From the NCBI GenBank assembly GCA_032718475.1, contig JAUCBJ010001670.1:1-40762 (forward strand): a DNA stretch of 40,762 bases, in the 5' to 3' direction. Below, piece by piece: positions 32,309-40,762 of the stretch (position 1 is the first letter of the stretch; each line of letters starts with the position of its first letter). The notes beneath the pieces are model-generated. The model searched no databases and had not been told where the DNA came from. It saw only the letters and a program-made list of their open reading frames with translations. Both the position numbers and the translations under genes were made by a program. This stretch comes from Nemertoderma westbladi. Its lineage: Eukaryota > Animalia > Xenacoelomorpha.

Positions 32309-35300
32309 ATGAGTGAATCGGGCGAGACACCGCCGCGGACCCCGGACGAAGACCTAACGATCCGCGAGGCCGTGACCAAGCGATACAGGCCCACGACACC
32401 GGAGCCATCGATAACGGGCGATCCGGAAGTCCAGAACGAGGAGGGTCTGGAACCCGAAGTCGAGCAGAGGGAAAGGGAGAGCGAGACGGAGGGAGAAGGA
32501 GATGAGTCGACACGGAACAGAGAACGGCGCGCCGATGTCGCCGGCCAGCTACCGGCCGAGGGCGACGAACGGCCCACCGAAGCGGTGACGGTGGGGCCGA
32601 CGGTGCGACGCCGGACGCGAAGAGACGGAGGAGAGATCAGTACCGATGTCGCCGGCCAGCTACAGGCCGAGGGCGACGAGCGGCCCACCGGAACGGCGAC
32701 GGTGGAGCCGCCGGTACGACGTCGGACCCGGAGGGACGGAGGAGAGGTCGGCGACGAGGACGTCGGGGTTTCTGACCGACTTCGACGGGCCTACAACGCG
32801 ACCCGGAAGCTGATAGACGACGCCAAGAAGCAAGGGGCGAAGGTAGACGAGGTGAGACTGAGAAAGCGACTAGGTGAGTCGGACAGACACTTAAATTACC
32901 TGATACGTTTTGGGCAGAGAGAACTAGCCGGGGAGAGAGCAAAGGGAATTGCAGGCGAACTGTTTGAACTATGGGTGTGTGGGAGTATGGAACCTAGCGT
33001 AGCGCCAGTGTACATAGGGCCATACTTGGTCGATGCCCGGGGAGTAGAACCAGTGGGTTGGAGGAGACCTGAGGGGGGCGAATCCGAGGTTAACCACGAG
33101 GATTCGGCCTCGTCGGTCGGGGAAAGTTCCGGGAAGCGGGGGAAAGTTAGTAGGTCGGGAAGGCGGAGGGGGTCCGTCGCAACCGATAAGTCTGCTACAT
33201 CCTCCGCGAAAGGAAGAGTGGTGAGAGAGATAGGTGCAGCATACCGTCTCAACGTGGTAGAGCAAGATCAGAAGGAAATGGAGGAACGGTTAGAGGAGGG
33301 GAGAGTGCGGTTAATGAGGGAAGCGGAATTGATTAAGGAGACCGGAGAGAAGGTCGAAAGAGCGTTGAGAAGCCTTAGGGAGAGAGACGAAATAGAGGAA
33401 AATGAGTGCAGAGAGCGTGAGGAAAGGGAGGAAAGGGAACGCAGAGAGCGTGAGGAAAGGGAGGACAAGGAACGCAAGGAATATGAGGCAAAAAGGGAAA
33501 AGGAACGCAAGGAATGTGAGGCAAAAAAGGAAAGGGAACGCAAAGAGCGTGAGGCGAGACGAAGGGAGAGCGTTAGGAGTATAGTAGAGTCGGGCAGTCG
33601 GGACACCCAGGAGTGTGAGAAGAGAAGGGCAGAGGCTGAGCGAGAGCAAGAAAAAATAAAGAGACACCAAAGTGTGCTTGCGGAACGTAAGATTAGACGG
33701 GCACACGAGCTGCAACTGGCGCAAGCGTCGCCGTCTGCAAGCGGGGCCGGCTCGAGTGTTTTTGAGGAACGGGGGGCCCTAGATACGTTCATTAATACCC
33801 CACTGACAGGGACCGCACGACAGACCCAAAACTGGTGTGACCGTACGGGCGGGGGGGGTAATAATGATGGTACAGTAGGAGTTGTTGATATTAATAGTAC
33901 CGTATGGGATAACTTTAATCAAACCTTTATTGCAGGAAATACTTTACCTAGTGGTAGTAATTTAAATTTAAATCAGAACAATCCTGGTATTAATGTAGAA
34001 AATAATTCTAATATTAATGTAATTACGCAAAATAATTTAAATAATCAAAATAATAACCCAAATTCGAACTTACTAAATAATCTAAATAGCGCGATTACAC
34101 AAAATAATCCAAATAATTTGAATAATGATCCATGCCCGAATTTACAAAATAATTCGGATAACGTGGTCGCGCAGAATAACGTAAATAATTCGGATAACGT
34201 GGTCGTTTCCAATATAGGTGCTATTAATGTGAACACGTCGGGCCTACATAACCAGCCGGAAGAGGGCCTGGTAGGCCACGTAGTTAGTAGACAAAGAGAA
34301 GAGGGCCTGGTAGGCCACGTAATTAGTAGACAAGAAGCAGAGGGCCTGGTAGGCCACGTAGTTGGTAGGCAGGGAGTAGAGGGCCTGGAAGGCCACGTAA
34401 TAGCAGAGGGAGAGGCAGGGGTAAATAGACCAGACTGTAGTAGGGTTGATGTGTCGACCAGAGAGGTATATAATGGCGGGGAGAGAGGTAGCGAAGTTAG
34501 ATGTAGCGAGTGGGGAGGGGCTACGAGGGCCCCACAACAGAGAGTTAGCGGCGAGAGGGGGGGGGCAGAGAGTGTCCCACAGCCGTCAGCGGACAATGCG
34601 AGGGCCGAACAAGGTAAACCGCAACAACCGGCGACGGAAAGTAATAGGGGGATTGCGAGTATCCCCAGCGACGTGCGATCGAGCAGAGAAAGACAGGTTG
34701 ACGTCGCGGGAGGGCAGACGGAGCGTCGAGCCCGATCAGAGGAGGAAAGAAGAACAGTGGGGTTTAACCGGGAGGTCGACGAGAGATCTCGTGAGCGGGA
34801 ATATTCCACTGATAGGAGAAGAGAGGAAGAGAGTAGTAGAAATATCGCCGCAAACGATAGAAGAGCGAGGACGGACAGCGAGCCGTCGGTAATCGAGATG
34901 AGAACGGAGAGTCAGTGGGGTCGGACTCCGGGAGATTGCCGTCGCCCCGGAGGGATGCGATCCGGTGAGACGTATTACACGCCGAGAGAAGGGTACGCGA
35001 TGTACCGGTACGAAGAAGAGAATAGTAGAGAGGGGGGTCGAAGAGAAACTTTCCGACGGAATATTCCTACCGATCGAGAATACGGTAGCCGCGGGGAGGA
35101 TTATTCGAGAAGAATAAACTTTGATCCCGAGCAACACATGCAGACTGTAGGGCATACTATAGGTCTTACTGCACATACCGTAGGCCATACTGCACATACC
35201 GTAGGCCATACTGAGAGAGGCAATGTAGGCGATAGGATGGCGCGGACAACGGGATTAAACCCGGAAGTCGCGGAATACATACCGGCGAGTAGGCCAGAAG

Positions 35301-38300
35301 CTGATAGGCCTATACCGGTACCAGCACAGCAGTATGACTACAGTATGCAGGGACATAACATATACCCAGGGGAGGGGGGAATTATTGCGGATAGGTGTAT
35401 GGGCCCCAACATATTAACATCAACCCCAGTACCAAACATACCGGTGGGGGGGGGACAGGGTGACATTCCCCCATCACAATATCAACAATATACCCCGATG
35501 GTAGCAAGAACAATGAAACCCTTGGATGAAAACAGGTCGTGTGATACAGACATATGGAGGGGGCCGCTACCCCCGATGACATATCCGAGTCAGAGAAGAT
35601 CAAGAAATAGAACGGACGAACCGCACCAGACAGGGGAAACTATACAGCAGCCGTCGAATCCATTAGAAGCGCAGGCAATGGGGATGGCCACGTTGATCGA
35701 TGCGTTGAAAACAAGGATCGAATTACCACCCGTGGAACCATTCAAATTCGATGGGAGTAGGCCGGAAGAATACTTGCAGTTTCGGCGAATGTATAGTAAC
35801 GAAATACTAACAAAAAACTTGACGCAGGCGGAGTGCCTAAAGTATCTACAAGTGTACACGGGAGGCCCAGCATACGATATCGTGAGGCAATACCAAGGAA
35901 TAGAGGGCGGCTTCACGACAGCATGGCGGGCACTGGACAGGGAATACGGGCACCCGGCCAAGATCATCAGGCAGACGCTGAGAGGCATAACATCGGGTGG
36001 CCTACAGGATAATCCCGTTAGCATTAAGACGTTTGCTAACAAAGTCGAGAAGGCGCTGATCGTGCTGAAGACGCTAGACGCACCATACGAACTCAACGCG
36101 TCCAATAACATCACCACGATAGCGCAGGCACTACCGAGCTGGCTGCGCAATAAATGGAGGAAGATCGCTTTCTCCACCCGAGACAGGAAGGGTGCGGAAC
36201 CAGGTTTAGAAGAAATGTCAAACTTCTTAAATTACGAGGCTGAACTAATAACGGACCCAGTCTATAGTGAAGATAGCCTGGGAAAGGGACCAAAGACAGA
36301 TCACTACAGGCCCAAACCAGAGCACAATACATCGAACGCGTTACCGAGACTCAGGCAATCATTGCCATATGCAGCGACGCAGGGGACTGCAAGTCCACAG
36401 GCAAGCGAAGATAGGACGACATCAAGGGACGGACAGGGGAACAATAACAACATGAATAAGTATAACCCCAGTACGTCCAGTAGGTCAAACCCAGTCAATA
36501 AGAATAGTAGGGACTTTGGTACAAACATAACTGCGATACGCAACGCATTGTATAAAGAGGGCTACGACCCAAAGAGCAAGTGCCAGTTACACGCAAATGC
36601 GCTTCATAAAACCATGAACTGCAGGTACTGGCAGGCGCTACCGAGGCAAGACCAGATAGATTACGCGTCGAGCAATAAAATCTGCTCGCGATGTGTGAAG
36701 AGTGGACACAAGGCCAGGGAATGCCAGGAGAAGCCGGTCAAGTTTGGCCAAAGGAGAGGCCAGACGATGGCAACAAGCACAATAGGGGCGAAGAAGAGAG
36801 GAACAGTGCTACTTGGAGTAGTACCAGTGCGGGTGATCGGAGAAGGCAATCGATCAGTAACAACACTAATGCTGGTTGATAGTGGAGCTGCCTTCACATT
36901 AGTTGAGGAATGGGTAGCCGAAGAAATAGGGTTGAGAACGAGGCCAAGCAGGATGGCGGTGACAACCATCTCTAGCAAAGACGAGATCCTAGAGATGAGG
37001 ACAGGACGGTGCGCAATTGCAGCAGTGGCACCAGGATGCGATTATGGGGCAACCATCGACCCCATCCAAGTAATAGAGTCAATAAACATCAATGCCAGGC
37101 GGCCAACCAACATCGAGGTCGAGCAATACAAATTCCTGGACAACATTGACTTCTCAATCCCGGACGTGGACGTTAGGAAGGTATCCATCATAGTAGGCAT
37201 GGACTGCCCAACAGCCCACGAGAGAATGCAAACGGTCTTCGGCGAAGACAAGCAGAGCGACCCGGTGGCCATACTAACGCCATTCGGGTGGACGCTAAGT
37301 GGCCCAATTAAGAGCAAGATACCATTCAGGATGTCGGAGACATCAGGATGCATGTTCGCAGGAACAATGCAGGAAATGGGTGACGAGGGAGCAGAGGAGC
37401 AGCTTAAAAGACTGCTCAGGCAGGACTTCGAGGGACTGAAAGAGACCGGAGTCGGGACCTCGGTAGAAGACAAGCAGGCTTTACAAAGTGTGGAGGAATC
37501 CATGACGTGTGATGAGGGGCGGTATACAATAGGAATGGTGTGGAAACTGCCGAAGATACCGCTACCCGATAATAGAGGGATGGTACTCACGAGACTCCGC
37601 AAGCTGAAACAAACACTACAACGGAGCCCCGAGAAGAACGAGTACATTCACAAAACCATTAAGAAGTACGTCGAGAAAGGATGGGCCGTGGAGTTACCGG
37701 TCGACGAACCGAACACGGACAGGACATACTACCTGCCACTCCACGTAGCTTTAGACCCAAAGAAAGGTAAACTTAGGATGGTAGTCGATGCATCGGCAAA
37801 GACCGACGGAAAGTGCTTAAACGATTACCTACTAGAGGGCCCAAACATATACAATTCGGGCATAGAAGTACTACTTAGATTTAGGAATGGGAAACACGCC
37901 TTCACGTGTGACATAGAAGGCATGTTCAACCAAGTCCGAGTAACAGAGGAAGATAGCGATAGTCAACGCTTCTTATGGTATAACGGAGAAGAAGAACCAC
38001 CTATAATACCGACATATAAGATGGTAGTACAAAACATGGGGGCCAAGTCGTCCTCATTTACGACGACTATGGCGGTGAGAGACACGGTAAAGGGGAAAGA
38101 GGATAGATATAGCAGTAGTGCCGTCGACATGATCAAACGCGGTTTCTACGTAGACGACGGCATGGAGTCTGGAAATACGGTTGAAGAAATACTGGAAACA
38201 GGGCGCGAGGTTCGCGACATCCTGAGAGGATCCGGATTCAACCTGACCAAATTCCAATCCAGTTCAGAAGAATTTATCAGGGAAATAGAGGATAAGAAAC

Positions 38301-40762
38301 CAGAATCGACCATGGACAACCCTACAACAGCCAAAGGGCAGGACATGGCGATTAAGAGAACGGAATCCCAGCAGAAGGCGTTGGGAATCGTATGGGATAG
38401 GAAAACAGACGAACTGAAGTATCAGCTGAGCCAGGAGGGTGCAGACACCCATACGAAGAGGGGTTACGTATCGTATATAGCAAGGATATACGATCCCTTA
38501 GGCCTAGCATCCCCATTACTAGTCACGGGGAAACAGATACTCAAGAGAGTATATAAGTTGAAGGATGAGTGGGACGCAGAGGTACCTGAAGACATTAAGA
38601 AGCAGTGGAGTAAATGGACAGGAGACTTGGAGAGGATGGGAACATACAACATGCCGCGAGTGTATTTCCCGGACGGGAACATGACGAATCTGGACCTACA
38701 TATGTTCTCCGACGCGTCGTTAGAGGCATACGGAGCGGCACTCTATTTAGTACAACGGGAGGGGCCTCACAAGCCCAGACTAGCCTTTAGCAAAGCTAAG
38801 TCAACGCCGCCGGATTCAGCATCTGTTCCCAAATTAGAATTGACAGCTGCGAGACTAGGAGTTAGAGCCACAGCCTACCTAGTGGATACAATTCCCAACA
38901 TAGTGGAGACACACTACTGGACGGACTCCATGGTAGTGCTTGGTTGGCTACACAACGAAAAGACGAGATACCCGATATTCGTCGCGAATAGAGTGGACGA
39001 AATAAGGGCGAGCACAGATCTGGAAAGGTGGCACTACTGCCCAACAGATGAGAACCCTGCGGACTTACTGTCGAGGGGCGTGGAACGCCACACTTTCCTG
39101 AAGAAGGAAGTATTGTGGCAACATGGGCCACAATTTCTGAGTGATAGAGAGGCCTGGCTGCCGATGAGGAAGGTGGACCCGGGCTCGGAACCAATATCAG
39201 AAGGAGAAGGAGATTCAGAGGGAGAAGAGATATACTCCCAAATGGTGAGGGAGATCAGGGACGTGCAACCAGGAAGGGAACAGTGCGATAACCCAACGGA
39301 TAAACTCCTCAGCTACAGTTCTAGTTGGTATAAGACCAAGAAACTAGTGGCGTACTGGAGAGCCTTTGGGAATTTCCTTGCGGGAGTTGGCAAGGACAAG
39401 AAGGCCAGGACAACCATAGATCTGGAGGGAGCGGCCAAGGCAGTGATCCGCTATGAACAACGCAAGAACTATGGCGACGAGGTGGAACGTGTCGGTAACC
39501 AACAACATCTCCGACGGGATAGCGAGTTGATCACGCTGTCACCACAACTCAACGAGGATGGGATCCTAGTAATGAATTCAAGGGTGGGATATAACAACAG
39601 TATAGTCGTGCCACCGAAACCCATCATCATTCACACGGGATCGCCTATAGTCCACCAGATCATATGGGACTCCCACAAATCGATACTGCATGGGGGCACC
39701 AACCGAACCCTCACAGAGATTAGGAGGACCTATTGGGTCAAACAACTTAGGAAGAAGGTCAAAGCGGTAGTGGGGCAGTGCCAGACCTGCCGACGAGCGA
39801 AGAAGGAACGAGCCATACAGGAGATGGCGCCACTGCCGGCGAGTAGGGTAAGACAGCACGACCCGCCATTTACACATTGCGGTGTGGACATGTTCGGGCC
39901 GATAAAGATCAAGGTGATGCGACACACGGAGAAACGCTACGGTATTATCTTCGTATGCAACAATACGCGGGCGGTAGGGATAGAACTCGCCCAAGACGCA
40001 ACCGCATCAGCCTTCATAAACGCCTTAGAAAGGTTTAGGGACCGCAAAGGTGGGACGATCGCAGTGATATATAGCGACAACGGCACCAACTTTGTGGGTG
40101 CAGAGAGTGAGATGGCAGAAGCCTTAGACATCTTGGAGGGAGAAGAAGTCAGGGCGGCCATGAGAAGACGACAGGTGAAGTGGGAGAGACGGACGCCGTA
40201 TGCACCACATACACTAGGATGCGTCGAAAGACTGGTGGGCAGTTCGAAACGTCTAATGACGAAACTGATGAATACCCACATGGTCACTGAAGACGTCTTA
40301 CGGACGGTACTTGCAAAGTGCGAGGGGATCATTAATAGCAGACCGCTATACCCGGAGAATGATGACCCTGAGTCACTAGACGTGCTGACGCCTAGCCATT
40401 TCCTGATGGAAAGGCCAGCGACCATAGATATGCGGGGTGTAGACCCAGATGATATACACTCCCGGCAAAGTTGGAAAGTAGCTAAAGCAATTAGCGCAGA
40501 GTATTGGAGGAGGTGGGTAGAAGAATACCTACCCACGCTCCATAAGCGAAGCAAATGGAGGAAGCCAAATAGGGAGTTGAGAGAGGGAGATCTCGTAATC
40601 GTCACGGATGATACTATCATCAACAACCAATGGCGGTTGGCGAGAGTTGTAGGCACCTACTCCGACGAGGACGGAAGAGTCCGATCGGTAGAAGTGCGGA
40701 TAGGTGGAAAGATAGGTGCGAAAGACAGAAAAATCTACAGGAGAGCAGTAGGTAAATGCTGT
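32309..40762 (+). CDS. BEL/Pao Gag-Pol polyprotein, single ORF of at least 2818 codons (3'-partial)
   Basis: One frame from ATG 32309 through EDSASSVG, LPPVEPFKFDG (~35723), knuckles CPLHANALHKTMNC and CSRCVKSGHKAREC, protease LVDSG (36878), RT YLPLH, CDIEGMF, YVDD (38147), RNase H YDPLG, FSDAS, PKLEL, WTDS, NPAD, integrase H..H/CQTC, VDMFGP (39887), SDNGTNF, ERLV, WRRW..EYLP. The ORF track lists no closed ORF in this frame, consistent with no stop. Confidence 0.93.
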   Translation, partial: MSESGETPPRTPDEDLTIREAVTKRYRPTTPEPSITGDPEVQNEEGLEPEVEQRERESETEGEGDESTRNRERRADVAGQLPAEGDERPTEAVTVGPTVRRRTRRDGGEISTDVAGQLQAEGDERPTGTATVEPPVRRRTRRDGGEVGDEDVGVSDRLRRAYNATRKLIDDAKKQGAKVDEVRLRKRLGESDRHLNYLIRFGQRELAGERAKGIAGELFELWVCGSMEPSVAPVYIGPYLVDARGVEPVGWRRPEGGESEVNHEDSASSVGESSGKRGKVSRSGRRRGSVATDKSATSSAKGRVVREIGAAYRLNVVEQDQKEMEERLEEGRVRLMREAELIKETGEKVERALRSLRERDEIEENECREREEREERERREREEREDKERKEYEAKREKERKECEAKKERERKEREARRRESVRSIVESGSRDTQECEKRRAEAEREQEKIKRHQSVLAERKIRRAHELQLAQASPSASGAGSSVFEERGALDTFINTPLTGTARQTQNWCDRTGGGGNNDGTVGVVDINSTVWDNFNQTFIAGNTLPSGSNLNLNQNNPGINVENNSNINVITQNNLNNQNNNPNSNLLNNLNSAITQNNPNNLNNDPCPNLQNNSDNVVAQNNVNNSDNVVVSNIGAINVNTSGLHNQPEEGLVGHVVSRQREEGLVGHVISRQEAEGLVGHVVGRQGVEGLEGHVIAEGEAGVNRPDCSRVDVSTREVYNGGERGSEVRCSEWGGATRAPQQRVSGERGGAESVPQPSADNARAEQGKPQQPATESNRGIASIPSDVRSSRERQVDVAGGQTERRARSEEERRTVGFNREVDERSREREYSTDRRREEESSRNIAANDRRARTDSEPSVIEMRTESQWGRTPGDCRRPGGMRSGETYYTPREGYAMYRYEEENSREGGRRETFRRNIPTDREYGSRGEDYSRRINFDPEQHMQTVGHTIGLTAHTVGHTAHTVGHTERGNVGDRMARTTGLNPEVAEYIPASRPEADRPIPVPAQQYDYSMQGHNIYPGEGGIIADRCMGPNILTSTPVPNIPVGGGQGDIPPSQYQQYTPMVARTMKPLDENRSCDTDIWRGPLPPMTYPSQRRSRNRTDEPHQTGETIQQPSNPLEAQAMGMATLIDALKTRIELPPVEPFKFDGSRPEEYLQFRRMYSNEILTKNLTQAECLKYLQVYTGGPAYDIVRQYQGIEGGFTTAWRALDREYGHPAKIIRQTLRGITSGGLQDNPVSIKTFANKVEKALIVLKTLDAPYELNASNNITTIAQALPSWLRNKWRKIAFSTRDRKGAEPGLEEMSNFLNYEAELITDPVYSEDSLGKGPKTDHYRPKPEHNTSNALPRLRQSLPYAATQGTASPQASEDRTTSRDGQGNNNNMNKYNPSTSSRSNPVNKNSRDFGTNITAIRNALYKEGYDPKSKCQLHANALHKTMNCRYWQALPRQDQIDYASSNKICSRCVKSGHKARECQEKPVKFGQRRGQTMATSTIGAKKRGTVLLGVVPVRVIGEGNRSVTTLMLVDSGAAFTLVEEWVAEEIGLRTRPSRMAVTTISSKDEILEMRTGRCAIAAVAPGCDYGATIDPIQVIESININARRPTNIEVEQYKFLDNIDFSIPDVDVRKVSIIVGMDCPTAHERMQTVFGEDKQSDPVAILTPFGWTLSGPIKSKIPFRMSETSGCMFAGTMQEMGDEGAEEQLKRLLRQDFEGLKETGVGTSVEDKQALQSVEESMTCDEGRYTIGMVWKLPKIPLPDNRGMVLTRLRKLKQTLQRSPEKNEYIHKTIKKYVEKGWAVELPVDEPNTDRTYYLPLHVALDPKKGKLRMVVDASAKTDGKCLNDYLLEGPNIYNSGIEVLLRFRNGKHAFTCDIEGMFNQVRVTEEDSDSQRFLWYNGEEEPPIIPTYKMVVQNMGAKSSSFTTTMAVRDTVKGKEDRYSSSAVDMIKRGFYVDDGMESGNTVEEILETGREVRDILRGSGFNLTKFQSSSEEFIREIEDKKPESTMDNPTTAKGQDMAIKRTESQQKALGIVWDRKTDELKYQLSQEGADTHTKRGYVSYIARIYDPLGLASPLLVTGKQILKRVYKLKDEWDAEVPEDIKKQWSKWTGDLERMGTYNMPRVYFPDGNMTNLDLHMFSDASLEAYGAALYLVQREGPHKPRLAFSKAKSTPPDSASVPKLELTAARLGVRATAYLVDTIPNIVETHYWTDSMVVLGWLHNEKTRYPIFVANRVDEIRASTDLERWHYCPTDENPADLLSRGVERHTFLKKEVLWQHGPQFLSDREAWLPMRKVDPGSEPISEGEGDSEGEEIYSQMVREIRDVQPGREQCDNPTDKLLSYSSSWYKTKKLVAYWRAFGNFLAGVGKDKKARTTIDLEGAAKAVIRYEQRKNYGDEVERVGNQQHLRRDSELITLSPQLNEDGILVMNSRVGYNNSIVVPPKPIIIHTGSPIVHQIIWDSHKSILHGGTNRTLTEIRRTYWVKQLRKKVKAVVGQCQTCRRAKKERAIQEMAPLPASRVRQHDPPFTHCGVDMFGPIKIKVMRHTEKRYGIIFVCNNTRAVGIELAQDATASAFINALERFRDRKGGTIAVIYSDNGTNFVGAESEMAEALDILEGEEVRAAMRRRQVKWERRTPYAPHTLGCVERLVGSSKRLMTKLMNTHMVTEDVLRTVLAKCEGIINSRPLYPENDDPESLDVLTPSHFLMERPATIDMRGVDPDDIHSRQSWKVAKAISAEYWRRWVEEYLPTLHKRSKWRKPNRELREGDLVIVTDDTIINNQWRLARVVGTYSDEDGRVRSVEVRIGGKIGAKDRKIYRRAVGKCC

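Larger units (their letters stand above)
31698..40762 (+). mobile_element. BEL/Pao LTR retrotransposon, apparently intact, truncated by the window end
   Basis: Domain order gag-protease-RT-RNaseH-integrase with BEL/Pao-type motifs. Confidence 0.95.

Noticed and set aside
32280-40656. Numerous minus-strand ORFs up to 254 aa
   Set aside because: Antisense shadows of the purine-rich BEL ORF; S/L/P/F-rich with no recognisable motifs.

Overview
Eukaryotic (metazoan-looking, AT-rich) genomic DNA dominated by transposable elements around one clear host gene. Left to right: a near full-length two-ORF APE-RT LINE (minus) with a TIR element just upstream of ORF1. Next is a decayed ~630-codon intronless ORF of unrecognised family, preceded by a branched RNA-like leader and split by two RTE-clade LINE insertions whose TSDs restore the reading frame. 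Then come an intact sigma-class glutathione S-transferase CDS whose upstream region is duplicated ~11.7 kb away, further RTE relics, and a 291-bp TSD-flanked palindrome with hammerhead-like cores (Penelope-like). These are followed by Helentron/DINE-like repeats, a probable terminal exon of an unknown minus-strand gene, a 5.5-kb purine-rich 26/29-bp tandem array, Sola-like DNA transposon pieces and a ~64-bp tandem array. The window ends in a BEL/Pao LTR retrotransposon whose single ORF (32309 to beyond the window end, at least 2818 codons, absent from the ORF track because it has no stop) carries an unusually long low-complexity Gag N-terminus. Everything was read by eye; family assignments are from remembered motifs, not database searches.
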